64,000 nucleotides of DNA from Octopus sinensis (Eukaryota). Positions 12,561 through 24,599 of the stretch are shown here, piece by piece (the stretch's first letter is position 1; each line of letters begins with the position of its first letter). The notes under the pieces are model-generated. The model made no database searches, was not told the DNA's origin, and saw nothing but the letters and a program-made list of their open reading frames with translations. The stretch is taken from the NCBI RefSeq assembly GCF_006345805.1, contig NC_043005.1, positions 86,056,001-86,120,000 on the forward strand. Direction: 5' to 3'. A program made the translations under genes and the position numbers.

Positions 12561-12763
12561 TATCATTACTCATTGATTTGTGTGTGTATGAGTATGTATG
12601 CCTGCATAGTTTTAAGTAAATAAATACATATGTATACACATATACACATACACACACATATATGGCAGCCAAAACTTTTTTCTGCAAAATAGGGGTAGTG
12701 TATCCTGTTCATGCTATATTATTAGCATTATCCTGCCTTTGAGAATTAAAAAAATTACTTCTG

Positions 12764-12823
<60 letters not shown>

Positions 12824-12827
<4 letters not shown>

Positions 12828-13010
12828 AGATTTTCTGAAAAATACAAAAGACCAAGGCAGGTGGTGTACAAAACAAACAGATGTATTAGTATAACGCTCA
12901 GGAATAGAAAAAGTCTTTAACGTTTCGAGCCTACGCTCTTCTACGGAAAGGGAAAAAAAAGCAAGGAGAGAAAAAGATGTGTGTAGTCGCTAGCGATCTA
13001 TCATGGTGAT
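12824..13010 (-). mobile_element. Penelope-derived repeat family D with variant hammerhead
   Basis: Similar copies at 27829 and 60838; hammerhead-like fold at 12915-12950. Confidence 0.65.
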
Positions 13011-13079
13011 CTATATATATATAGGATGGGTACTTGCAGAGGAAGTGACCTGATCTGGGATTGTGTGCTGGAACGAAAA

Positions 13080-13330
13080 CAATTGCAGCATGGAAATTGT
13101 TTATAAGCCTTTTAAGAAACACAAAAAACCGTCAGATTCACTTCAACATTTAGATTCAATTTGCCAAAATATTTTCGTCGCTTTGAGACCGCGACCTGTT
13201 CACTGATAAAATTCCGTGCGGTCTCAAAGCGACGAAAATATTTTGGCAAATTAAATTTTAATACTAAAGTGAATCTATTAGTTTTTGTCTGTTTCTAAAT
13301 GGCTTATAAACCCCTCCCACGCTGCAATTG
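13080..13330. repeat. Foldback element with ~110-bp inverted arms
   Basis: AATTTGCCAAAATATTTTCGTCGCTTTGAGACCGC and its exact reverse complement separated by ~25 bp; arms extend imperfectly outward. Confidence 0.8.
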
Positions 13331-13334
13331 CTTT

Positions 13335-13436
<102 letters not shown>

Positions 13437-13781
13437 CCTTCATCAATGTGCTTTTGCAAATTTTGCAAATGTCGCACACGCATATATATGCAGTGTGCGT
13501 GCGTGTGTGTGTGTTTATGTGGGTTGGCTAAAATACATGGACGATAGAGATAATCTGTGAGAAGTCCTTTGAGATATCCTCACACTATCGAGTTACATAA
13601 TTCCATTTGTCATGCTTTCTGTCAGAAAGGCAGTAGACCAGTGATTGTTCTGTTGGTAACATGAACTCAGTATCCAAAGATAATAATGTTCGCTAATTGG
13701 GATATGTATAAATATAAATATGAAATAAAAACTAATGTATAAAGGGCAAACAAAAATATATTAATAGCAAAATATAGTAAA

Positions 13782-13858
13782 TACGAGGTCTGATCTGTAA
13801 GTATCCGGTATTATGGAAGGATAGGAAAATATTTGATTCATAAGCCCCTAAAATTCAC

Positions 13859-13925
<67 letters not shown>

Positions 13926-14557
13926 TGATGATGATGATGATAATAATATTAACATCGAAAAATACCTTAGGAATGAGAACCTGATGAAGGCTGGAGGGTA
14001 TATCAGCCGAAACGTTTTGTTAACAACAAACAAGATGTGGACAAATATCCGTCAAATAATGAAAATAATATAAAGAAGTGCGCGCAACTGTGATAAGAAA
14101 TCGTTGAATTACCATCTGTGAGATATCAGAGGATGTGCAGATTAATTACGGGTCAGTTCTGTCCATTATCACTGAAGAATTGTTTATGAGACGCGTGTCT
14201 GCCAAGATTGTGCTAAAAATGCTTTCAGCTGACCAAAAAGACATTCGAGTTTTAGTTGAAGAAAATCTTGATTGTGTCGAGAACAATGAAAACTTTTCGA
14301 AAACTTTGTGTAGGCCTCTGAGCAGGTATCGCAAAGCGTTAGGCAAACATTGATGCAGATTTTCTGTCATAATCAATGCGACGATCGCACGCTACACACC
14401 TTCCTTCCAAGCACCGCTGTAAACAGCAGTAATGAGCTAAAACGTTAAAACTTAGTGCACATGCACAGCGATGTTCAATGTCAATCTGCACGAAGTGGCT
14501 TTATTCTTCGTGCTTCAGCTTCTTTACAGTCCGGATATTTATTGATCAGACTACGTA
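13782..14557 (+). mobile_element. Decayed mariner element with nested Penelope-derived insertion
   Basis: TIRs TACGAGGTCTGATC..AAGTATCCGG / CCGGATATTTATTGATCAGACTACGTA; remnant ITEELFMRRVSAKIVLKMLSADQK (WVPxxL region); insert ~13850-14070. Confidence 0.78.
13850..14070 (+). mobile_element. (AAT)n plus hammerhead-tailed Penelope-derived repeat
   Basis: CATCGAAAAATACCTTAGGAATGAGAA...CTGATGAAGGCTGGAGGGTATATCAGCCGAAACG, matching 11258-11392. Confidence 0.75.
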
Positions 14558-15214
14558 TGTATGACCTCATGGAGATTTGCCGCATATCGGGAGGGTCACT
14601 CTGCCGCCAATAAGCACATCCACTGGTTCTGTTTCACTTATTGGTTAGCTTTTGAAAGAGTTACCTTATCCAGTAGTTGAGTAATCATTTTCTTTATCAG
14701 CTCTCTTTGTCAAAGTCCTTTCGTTACTATCTGTAAACCTGTCGTTGTGGTGCCCTGACTCATCGAGGCTCGATTCAGGTGTATCTGAATACGAAAGTAC
14801 CATGAAAAGCATAATCGATTGGTTGAGAGATCGTTTCAATGGTTAAATATTTAAGCAATTAACAAATAAAACTAAGAAGAGAAATATTATCAGCGCGTTT
14901 GTTCATTATTGGCACTATGACCGTCCTCAGTTACAACCAAATATATTTGGACATAAGAATTCATATTAAAAATCAGTCAAACCGAATACAAAAAGGAAAC
15001 AATCCGAGATAGTGAGCAGAGAAATTTAGTCATATAGCCATTCACAACGAAAACAATGAGACACTTCGGATAGAGGCATTGCAATGAACGTGAATTTTGC
15101 ATTTATCATTTGAGCATCTTTTTCGGAGAATTCATAAGACTTGCATTCTTTAATGGTGATTATCTTCTATGAATTCTGTCATCATAAATTCTTCGGATGC
15201 TTCTTAGGTCAATC

Positions 15215-15440
15215 TGCTGCAAGTTATCGGACTGCTGCTATGCCTGGGCATCGTCTTCAAGGTTTAAATGAAACAAAGCGACCACAGTATTTTTTGTGTG
15301 AAGTTAGTTTCGTATTTTATCGGTTCTCTTTTGTAGAAGTGCTCAATTACGGGGAAATAAACAAACTAACACCGGTCATCAGCAAGATGTGGAGGGGACG
15401 CAAGCACAAGCATAAGTAAAGACACATACACATATATTAT
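15215..15440 (-). mobile_element. Degraded SINE family C 3' part
   Basis: Remnants of the family C body and tail (ACTGCTGCTATGCCTGGGCATCGTC, TATCGGTTCTCTTTTG). Confidence 0.5.
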
Positions 15441-15445
15441 ATACA

Positions 15446-15501
<56 letters not shown>

Positions 15502-15506
15502 TTCAA

Positions 15507-15545
<39 letters not shown>

Positions 15546-16219
15546 AAAAGGCATTTCTATCCACTAATATTTCAGGTTAGTGTTTAGGGTGTTGTAAACG
15601 CCGTCGTTAGATCGTGGCTTCAGTTTCCAGACCAGGCGGGGTGTTGTCTTCTTCAGCAAAACACTACATTTCACGTTGGTCTTATGCTGTTTGCAGACAG
15701 GTATGTCAAAGAATAGACCCAACGTTGCCACTACGTATTGCAAAAAGCAACTAACAGAAATTGGGGTAGGATTTGCACTCCGACCTCATAAAACCCTCGT
15801 CGGCAGCAACTACTCAAAACAGACCCATGGGTCAGAGGGTTTTCGTCTGAGTGGTGCAAAGTTATGCTCTGCCAGTAATAGCGAATCACTAACAAATGCC
15901 AGATGCCATAAGGCACTGTGGTAGCGCATACCTCCCATCCTGCCTCTGCTGCTACTGCTGCTGCTGCTGCTCCAACTACAACAATACTACTACTACTACT
16001 ACTACTACTACAACTACTTATCGGTTGTCGTCTTCTCGTAGCGCCTTAGCTCCCGCAATATAATTTTATGTCGACGATGATAACAATTACTTCATATCCT
16101 ACTTCATTTCATGTCCTTTCGACAGTTGGGTAGTTTCTGCGGATCAAGATGTCTTATCCGCTCCAACATCCAAATGTATCTTATATCTACATCATATTCT
16201 CTAAGCAATCATAATAGTA

Positions 16220-16450
16220 AATATATTCCATTGATGTGGTCTCTTGGATGAAGAACTTTGAGAGGCGAAGCGTTTACATTGTGTTTCTATCCAGTTGGCA
16301 TAAATTCCTCTCAGGACCAGCATTTTACTTTGAAGCTGTCACAATCCTGATGGCACAAATTCAATTAGTGGTGTTCAACTCTGAATTTACGATTACTTTT
16401 ACATGCGATAGAATTACAGTTCCAATCTCTATGGCTCTCGTTCATATTAA
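16220..16450 (-). mobile_element. Old R4-clade LINE fragment
   Basis: Minus strand gives ...QLDRN...LHPRDHINGIYL, resembling the R4/Dong LDR.TRK...HPR.D..RLY motif. Confidence 0.4.
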
Positions 16451-16755
16451 GGTGTTTATCTCCGTTCTCTCCTCATCGTCAATGCGGTTATCATCGATTA
16501 TACATTTTTGCTCTCAAATTACATCCTACTAATTTCACTGTTTTACTTGGCAGTTCAAAGTTATTAATTTAATCGTTTTCTTTATATCATATACTTATCA
16601 GTCAACATACATACATACATACATAAACACATATATACATTCGCACAAACACACACATATACATCTACATAAATGTACATATATATATATACATAAATTT
16701 ACATAATATTTATATATATACATAAATCTGCATATATATACATATATATATACAT

Positions 16756-16787
<32 letters not shown>

Positions 16788-16795
16788 CATAAATC

Positions 16796-16829
<34 letters not shown>

Positions 16830-18299
16830 TATGTTGGCACAAGACGTCACGAAACAGATGTGCAACAAAGCACACGAAGTACGAGTACATGGAATATGAA
16901 CTATATAGAACAACATAAAGAATAACCCTTTATCAGTTTTGGCTGGTTTTCTACTCTCGTGTTTCAATCGTTTGACAACATGATACGCTTTCAATAAAAC
17001 AATTGTTTCCACAAACCAAATTAAATAAAATTTGGGATTTTGCGGAGGGTCAATATAGGTAACACAAACAGAACATTGAAAACAAATAGGAAGGGCAGCT
17101 AAACCTCAACGAGGTTGTGGTGGCGAACGCGTAAAACACATCTTCCTTGATCCAGCTACAATGGAGAAGAAACATGGCCGATGGTCACGTGGGAGTCACG
17201 TGAGCAAGAGAAAAAGAGTGACGGAGAGAGCGTGACAAACAGAGAACTGTAAAGGAGAGAGAAAAATTGGAGATAGGATAAGTGAGAAAAAACAGGGGTT
17301 CGAAGGGGATGTAGACGAATAAGAGAGAAAAACGAAAGAGGAATAGGATAGAATAATGGGAAAAGAGTAGTTAAAATAATAAGAGAGAGAAAGAGAGAAA
17401 AACAAAAGAGTAAAAATATCGTAACGAGTGCGCATCAGAATTATTAAGATACTGTTGTGTCTGGGGAGATTCATTCTCTGTTGCTATCTTATAATTTAAC
17501 ACACTCACCGGTAAAGTTTCTACTCATTTATTTTTCTAAAATTTCCGTTGCAAACTTTTCAATAAGTATTGACTCTGTCCGTTATCTGAGCTGCATTCTT
17601 TTTGTTTATTTGTACGCATGTGTGTGGGTTAGTGTGCGTGCTCATACACATGTCTGTCTGTCTGTCTGTATGTATGTATGTATGCATGTACACCGCTAGC
17701 AGTTAAGCCTCGTGCAATGGCCATACTCGATAACGATGGGGCAGCCATCATGTATGTATGTATGTATGCATTTATGTATGTATGTATTTATGTATGTATG
17801 TATGTATGTATGTATGTATGCATGTATGCATGTATGTATGCATGCAGGTAAGTGTGTGTATTCAGGTATGTTTATGTGTGTGCACGTTTGTATATATATA
17901 TATGTGTGTGTTCGTTTCTATGTATGTATTTTGCATATTCATGTGTGTTTTTATGTTCGTGTTTGTGTGTGTGTGTACCCCTGTCTCCTTCTGTATGCAT
18001 ATCTGAGAGTGTGTACGGGTTTTTGTGACTATGTACTGTGTCTGTAAATATGGATGTGTATCTCCATATGTGTGGATGTGTGTGTGTCTACATATATCCT
18101 TTTGTGAAGTGAAGTGTGTGTGTATATTCTCATGTGTTTCAGTCTTCATTTGTTTATATGTGGTTGTCTGTTCATTTTACCTATGTGCCTATCCGTCTAT
18201 ACGTCTATCTGTTTACGATCATATCCATTTGCCTACATATATGTACATATATATATACACATACACACACATATATATATGCATATCTACATAATAACC

Positions 18300-18860
18300 C
18301 ACTAAATATTCTACCTGCATATAAATACAAACTGTGGGTATAAGGGTATGGTTATCAACTGCGTATATTTCCTATTTAGTCCTGGGGACGTTTCATTTAT
18401 AAGGATCTTCTGTATTTGTCTGAGAGTTGGGTCCTGTGGGTGCTTGAAGTAAATGCGGATGTCAAGTTGACCCAAGTTGCCTCCATGTTTGTAGCGTATA
18501 GAAAACTGATTTTCGTTGTCATATTGTCTCAAATGAACATTTAGTCTTTCCGCAATACTTCTAGATGTCTCACCTTTGTATGTTATGTTTCTGTCTTTAC
18601 AAGAAAATTCTATGCACATTATGCTGTAGACTAAATTTCTAGTTCGACAGCTATTGCCAGGGCTAATCCTACATACAATGCAGTTATCACTGGTGCATAT
18701 GGTATTCTCAAAAGGGTGCGCCCTATATAGTTGTGATCTGATGCTGAGTTTGGTCTCCTTCAGAAATTTCCTAAATCTATGGGTTAGTTCTCAATTGGCT
18801 GTAGCCTCTACAAACATCACTCCTTGATATGTGTCAGTTTTATACCATGTGTACACCCTG
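18300..18860 (-). mobile_element. Penelope-like (Neptune-type) GIY-YIG fragment
   Basis: VMFVEATA...CTSDNCIVC...CRTRNLVYSIMC...YKGETSRSIAERLNVH...DPTLRQI...INETSPGLNRK. Confidence 0.75.
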
Positions 18861-19258
18861 TATAACACGTGTTAACACACACACACACACAGATGTGAGT
18901 ATGTGCGTGTGTGTGTGTGTGTGTATGAGATTTACAAGTATATTACACAGTATATAAGAATATCCAATGAAAATAACTCTATGCTAAAGGGGAAGTAATC
19001 CAGACCAAAACCAAAGAATGTGACATTTGAACGTCCGTCGATTCCATGTTTTAGTTGAAGCATATATTTTCGCAGTTGCTTCTCCTGTTCTTTGATGGAC
19101 ACTGTACATCTTGTACACCTATGATTACGTGCATTCTCTTCCCCCTTAAATCTCCGCTGTATTTTGAAAACATATGTTTATCTGAGACTACATTACCCAA
19201 TGTGCTCTTTCTTCTTTAAGAGAATGATTAACATTTAAGAGAATAAGTAACATAGGGA

Positions 19259-19418
19259 CAGGCGTGGCTGTGTCGTAAGAAGCTTGTTTTCTAACCTCAT
19301 GATTCTGAGTTCAGTCCCACTGTGTGCCTAACTTGGGAATGTGTCTCTTCTACTATATCCTCGGGCTGAAGAAAACCTTGTGAGTGGATTTGATAGATGG
19401 AGACTGAAAGAAGCCCGT

Positions 19419-19470
<52 letters not shown>

Positions 19471-19510
19471 GGTGCCGCAGTTAAATGACTCAAACATTGA
19501 ATAAAAGAAT
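19259..19510 (+). mobile_element. SINE family C copy (internally deleted)
   Basis: CAGGCGTGGCTGTGTCGTAAGAAGCTTG...GAGTTCAGTCCCACTG...GAAAGAAGCCCGTC(TA)n...GGTGCCGCAGTTAAATGACT. Confidence 0.7.
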
Positions 19511-19909
19511 GAAAGAATTATCATTTAAGAACACCATTAATGGCGAATACTGTTTCCTTCACATCAGTCATGATGTTATGGTCTTCGAGTTTTCGTTTCA
19601 TTCACTGATTATATAAATCATGAATTGCAAAATTATATCTATTGTTTACTTGCTCCAATCATTGGACTGTAGCCATACTGTATCATCGTCTTGAAGAGAT
19701 TTTGCTGAACGAATCGCCCCTAGTACTAAATTTCTGAGGTCTGGAACTTGTTCTATCGTATTCTTTTACCAAATCACTAAGTTATGTACGTATATAAGTA
19801 TACACACACACACACACGACGAATTTCTTTCTCTTTCCGTCTGTCAAATCTATTCCCCAGGTTTTTGATTTTGTTTTTTTTTATCGAGGTATCATCCAAT
19901 CAGGTTGAT

Positions 19910-20190
19910 AGCCCGGGCCAGCCTGATTACCCCTCTTCAGCTTGACATCGAATATCGTCTGCAGGGTGTTGTATATACGTCTTCCCTGGTCTTCCAGCCG
20001 TCGTGGTCCTATGATTTGGTGTCCACAGCAACACATTACTCACAAATTCTTCTTTACTTCTCCAGCAGTGGCCAGCAAACCTTAATCTTCGCTCTTCGAT
20101 GGTTGATGAGGAAGTTGGTACATTCCCATATAACCATTGTTTTTGATTGGTCTGGGTTAAAGGAAACATTTTCCGAAGTTGCCACGACTG
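19910..20190 (-). mobile_element. RTE-group LINE 3' fragment
   Basis: LYGNVP...IEERRLRFAGHCWRSKEEFVSNVLLWTP...GRPGKTYI. Confidence 0.75.
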
Positions 20191-20880
20191 GGACTAAACT
20201 CAGCACCATGGTTTCGGAACGGAATTTTACGAGTGCATCTTTCTTATAAATCCCTGATTTACGTCGGACAAACTAATCACTTTTCGTGTCTTCCAGATCT
20301 TTACGCTGTTAGTTTAAACATTCCCGAAATCAACTTTGCTATCCATCTTCCCTTGTCGATTAAAATAAATAACGAATCAAATACTGGTGCCAATATAATC
20401 ATCATCTCCCCCTCTTCAAAGAATTCCTAGCCTTCTGCTTGAATCAGAAAATATTATTAGCATTACATACATCAACGTTCAAAATCGCTAAAAGCATTTT
20501 TAGAGTGTTTGTATTTTCACTGAGTTCCTGTTTTTTTTTATTCCATTCGGAATAGTCTTTACAAGTTAGAACGAATGTTATTCTCTGCCTAAAAATTGTA
20601 CAGCCACGCTACTTTCATAATTTAAAGACATTTACAGTCGTTAATTTGATTTGGCAGCCCTGGGTGGTGAACCAATTGACACAGTGCTATCGTTAATTCA
20701 CATTTGGTATTCTCTTGACACACAGAAACAGCAGAATTTGGAGCATATTTTGATAAACGAGGTTAATTTCTCTGGTTTAGGCTGATATCCCTAATTGGAC
20801 AGTCGACTCTTCATACAGCTATGTTTATTACATCGATTGCTAGCAGTGGTTTATTATTATTATCATTATTAGGCGGCGGA

Positions 20881-20942
20881 GTGAAAGGCAAAGTCGACCT
20901 CGGCGGAATTTGAGCTCAGAACGTAACGGCAGACGAAATACG
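20881..20942 (-). mobile_element. SINE family A, downstream part of the copy split by the Tx1 LINE
   Basis: Minus strand CGTATTTCGTCTGCCGTTACGTTCTGAGCTCAAATTCCGCCGAGGTCGACTTTGCCTTTCA continues the head at 26274-26334. Confidence 0.9.
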
Positions 20943-21343
20943 AATTTCTTTATTGCCCACCGGGGGCCAAACATAGATATGGACAGTACAACTGATGGGA
21001 TCAGTGAATCGATATGATTTTACATAAATGTGACATCAAAAATAAAATACAATACATAAAAATCGAATGGAATACACAGTACAAAAACAAAACAAATGAA
21101 GCGATGATCAAGTTACGCTCCGATCCCACAAGCCCCGACCTACCGCTGATACCTTTTTATTTTTCCTTTTTTTTTTCCTCGTCTATTCACACGGTTCCTT
21201 GCACGCACAACACTCGTGCAACATACTTCCATCTCTTTTGGAACGTACACTCTGACAGACACCTCTTCTCCAGCCACAGTTTCCTTTTCAAATGAAAAGA
21301 AAAAAAGGATCGTAAATTGTCACCAGAGATAAAGTTGCCTGTC

Positions 21344-23938
21344 TTAATTCCTTTTATCCCAGTCTTCCATACAGCCTCTTTTGCTATTGCTACAACCGTG
21401 AGAAAAAGAATTCTTACCTTCGTTCGTTAGAACTCCCGGTGGGTCAATTTTTATAATTGACTCAGTCGACAGCCGTACTCTTCCTTCGCCGGACAACAGA
21501 TGTTCAGCATAAGCCCACATTTCAGTTATCTCCGGACACTGAACAATAGCGTGAGGGACGGTTTCCCTGTCCCCCCCGCATCTTGGACAGGTCGGCGACT
21601 GACGTTTACCATGTCTTGCGAGCTTATCCCAAACGGGCAAGGCACCTCTGTAGCATTGCCAGGTTAAGGACTTTTGGAAGTTGTCCAACATTCTCAACCC
21701 GAATGTACGATGAAACAAGCTGTCCAGTTGAATAAATCCGAGACCTAGAGTCGACCCCAGGCCATCGTCGCATTCAGACTCTACCAACCCACTATATAAA
21801 ATCCGTGTGGAACCCCCACCGCTGGCGTTGCCCGAGCGCCGGAACAGCAAGAGGGCCTTACGGCACTCTTTATGCCACTCACTCGACCTCGGTCTACGAG
21901 AACACCAGGCTTCCTGTTCGCAAAAACTCTTGAACTCAGGGAACATTTGTCTGGCCAGCGGAGACCACACCCGTTCACTATCCAGGAGAATCCAGAGGTG
22001 CCTCAACCTCAACGCATGTCTGCGCATCATTAACCAAGGCATCCCTAAACCTCCATTTAAAGGCTTTTGACAGCAGACAGAGCGTTTCACAAGTGGCGAC
22101 CTGCCCTTCCACAAAAAGCGAAAGAGCTGTCTCTCCAACCTGATCAACCACGAATCCGGACAGGGCACGACGGTCAGGCGGTAGGTAATGACCGATGCGA
22201 TAAACACATTGGCCACCTCCGCCCTCCCTTTCAAGGATAGCCACCGCCAAGACCAGGTCTTGACTACTGCAGCCACCCTGCTCAATACCTCCGTCCAGTT
22301 CTTCTCTATCTGGAGGCCTGGTCCAAACCAGACTCCCAGCAACTTAACCGGTCCCTCCGTCCAGCGCCTAACAACACTGTCTGAAGGCATCGACTTGCCA
22401 ACCCAGGTGCCGAGCTGCAAGCCGACCGATTTTTCCCGGTTAATCTTTGCTCCTGCTACCTCCTCGTAAGCCTCAATAGTCTTACCTACTTCACGTAGGC
22501 GTGCCACTGTGGTTACACTGATAGTGATATCATCCGCGAAAGCCGTAACAAACTCCTCTAGTCCTGGTTCTCTCGGGATGCCACTCAACCTTTGCAGTAA
22601 TGGCTCGAGAGCCATCACATACAAAAGTTGTGAAAGCGGACATCCTTGACGAACCGAGCGTCTGATGCAGAACGGCTTCGAAAGGAAACCGTTCACCCGA
22701 ACTATCGAGTCAATGTTGTGGTACAAAGCGATAAACCACCTGAGGAAGCCAAGGCCCAGGCCAAACCGCGCAAGTACAGTCGCTAGGTATCGATGGTCAA
22801 CCCTATCAAAAGCTTTAGACTGGTCCAAATGCACCAATGCCCCACCTTTGCCAGATTTATTACCAAACCTCTCTATGGTATAGCGAATAAGATGGAGGGT
22901 ATCCTGAATGGTTCTGCCTGGGATGGCACATGTCTGTGCCTCCCCGACTATACCATTCGCGACACGCGCCAACCTTTTTGCTAGAACCTTGGCCAAAATC
23001 TTCACTTCTGCGTTTAACAGAGTGATGGGCCTGAAATTCTCTAGAACGTCCCCCTTGTCCGGGTCCTTTCTGACCAACGTCACTACTCCCCGGCGCACAG
23101 ATCTGGGGATAAACCCATTCTGTTTCCAGTTCGCGTACACGTCAGTCAGTAGTTGCCCGAACAAGTCTGGCATACATTTATACAGCTCGTACGGAAGACC
23201 ATCAAGTCCCGGTGACTTACCCGCTTTACAATCGGCCAAAGCCTCCATCACCTCCTCAGGTGTTTTTGGCCCTTCGCAAGACTCCGCATCCGTCTCCGAG
23301 AGGCACGGCAGCCCGGTAAGAAAGTCCTCGAGGGCTCTCCCACCACCAGGAGCGCCGTCACCCCCGAACAGCTGGGCGAAGTACTCCCGAAAGACCTCAC
23401 ACATTTTCTCGGGTTCGTTTATCAAGACACCATTTTGATTCGTCAAAGACCGAATAGAGGAACTATTTCCTTGCCGAGCTTCCACCACTCGGGCCCATCC
23501 AGCGGCTTTGATTCCTTCACTTCCCATTGCACGTAACTTAGCTCTGGTAATACTTCCCATGTGGTGGGCTTCAAGATGCTGGTTTAACTCCAGTCTTTTC
23601 ACCCTCGCTTGGTCTGTATTACCAGTCCTCCAGGCTTCTTCTAGTTCCTTAACTAGACCATCTCCTATTTTACGTCCCTTCTTAGCTAAACTTATGCTAA
23701 ACCTAATAGACTCATATTTGATGGCTCTTTTTAGGGCGTACCACCATTTGTTATTAATGATGGTACCTGTTAATGCCCTCTGTATTAACATCTTGATCCG
23801 CTTTCTGTACTCCTCAATCGCCAAAAGGGACGTATTGAGTTTCCAGTAGCCAGATCCCTGTCTATGCAACTTATCTACCGTCAGTTTACAGGTAACCATC
23901 TTGTGGTCACTGTAGCTGACTAGAAAAACTGTGGACAC
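21344..23938 (-). CDS. Tx1-like ORF2, reverse transcriptase part (frameshifted from the endonuclease part; C-terminus continues to ~21187 after further frameshifts)
   Basis: SDH, YWKLN, KSPGLDGLPYE, NFRPITLLN, LDQSKAFDRV, VRQGCPLS, FADD, GGLGMP, CPRC...ETVPHAIVQC. Confidence 0.93.
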   Translation of the reverse strand: MSTVFLVSYSDHKMVTCKLTVDKLHRQGSGYWKLNTSLLAIEEYRKRIKMLIQRALTGTIINNKWWYALKRAIKYESIRFSISLAKKGRKIGDGLVKELEEAWRTGNTDQARVKRLELNQHLEAHHMGSITRAKLRAMGSEGIKAAGWARVVEARQGNSSSIRSLTNQNGVLINEPEKMCEVFREYFAQLFGGDGAPGGGRALEDFLTGLPCLSETDAESCEGPKTPEEVMEALADCKAGKSPGLDGLPYELYKCMPDLFGQLLTDVYANWKQNGFIPRSVRRGVVTLVRKDPDKGDVLENFRPITLLNAEVKILAKVLAKRLARVANGIVGEAQTCAIPGRTIQDTLHLIRYTIERFGNKSGKGGALVHLDQSKAFDRVDHRYLATVLARFGLGLGFLRWFIALYHNIDSIVRVNGFLSKPFCIRRSVRQGCPLSQLLYVMALEPLLQRLSGIPREPGLEEFVTAFADDITISVTTVARLREVGKTIEAYEEVAGAKINREKSVGLQLGTWVGKSMPSDSVVRRWTEGPVKLLGVWFGPGLQIEKNWTEVLSRVAAVVKTWSWRWLSLKGRAEVANVFIASVITYRLTVVPCPDSWLIRLERQLFRFLWKGRSPLVKRSVCCQKPLNGGLGMPWLMMRRHALRLRHLWILLDSERVWSPLARQMFPEFKSFCEQEAWCSRRPRSSEWHKECRKALLLFRRSGNASGGGSTRILYSGLVESECDDGLGSTLGLGFIQLDSLFHRTFGLRMLDNFQKSLTWQCYRGALPVWDKLARHGKRQSPTCPRCGGDRETVPHAIVQCPEITEMWAYAEHLLSGEGRVRLSTESIIKIDPPGVLTNEGKNSFSHGCSNSKRGCMEDWDKRN

Positions 23939-24591
23939 TCAACTATGGACTTATCTTTTTCTCTAATTAAAATCATATCTAGATATGTTCTGGTAGACCC
24001 GTCACTATTTGACCACGTCCACTGTGGAGTGTTCGGGTGCTCCAACCTATATGGATCTGCTAGCTGAAATTGACTTAGCAGATCCCGAAACCCTGGGTTA
24101 CATTTTCTGTTCATGTTCGAGTTTGAGCCAACACAATCTGTGTGTGCTGCACATATTGTATTAGAGTCTCCTAACACTACTAGTGAATGCGACGTGGCTA
24201 GGAACTTTCCTAGGCCACGAAAATATTCAGTTTGCGGGCCAATAATGTTTGGTGCGTAAATAGCGACCAGCCTGATTGTCTTGCCACAACTGAATGTCAA
24301 GTCGAGAACGACCAGCCTGCCTTCTGGGTCAGAAAAAACCAACTTTTTCTCGGCTACCCGGTTTCTTTTTAGTAGGACCAACACCCCACCCCCACCTCCC
24401 GCCCGACTCGGAGAAACGTATTTCTCGTAGCCGTTCAGGAGGGGAAGCAGATCTCTTGGCCCCTTCACCCGGGTTTCCGTTGCAACAATTACATCCAAAT
24501 TTCTCGACCGGATGTCATTCAGAAAGCGTCCTTGCTTCCAGCTTGACAACAGGCCATGAACATTTAAACAACCAATGTGAATAGCCATCAC
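23920..24591 (-). CDS. Tx1-like ORF2, apurinic-like endonuclease part
   Basis: IGCLNVHGL, VATET, GGGVLVL, DPEGRLV, AIYAPN, LGDSN, WTWSN...YLD. Confidence 0.93.
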   Translation of the reverse strand: MMAIHIGCLNVHGLLSSWKQGRFLNDIRSRNLDVIVATETRVKGPRDLLPLLNGYEKYVSPSRAGGGGGVLVLLKRNRVAEKKLVFSDPEGRLVVLDLTFSCGKTIRLVAIYAPNIIGPQTEYFRGLGKFLATSHSLVVLGDSNTICAAHTDCVGSNSNMNRKCNPGFRDLLSQFQLADPYRLEHPNTPQWTWSNSDGSTRTYLDMILIREKDKSIVECPQFF

Positions 24592-24599
24592 TTACCTGT

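Noticed and set aside
20870-20882. Short inverted repeat TAGGCGGCG matching 26327-26335, as if TIRs flanked the LINE
   Set aside because: It is the first bases of a SINE A head in the opposite orientation. A deletion between inverted SINE copies is simpler, and there is no TSD.
23915-23940. Programmed -1 frameshift between endonuclease and RT (G TTT TTC TAG)
   Set aside because: The shift falls before the catalytic SDH of the endonuclease, L1-clade ORF2 is normally continuous, and similar indels occur elsewhere in the element.
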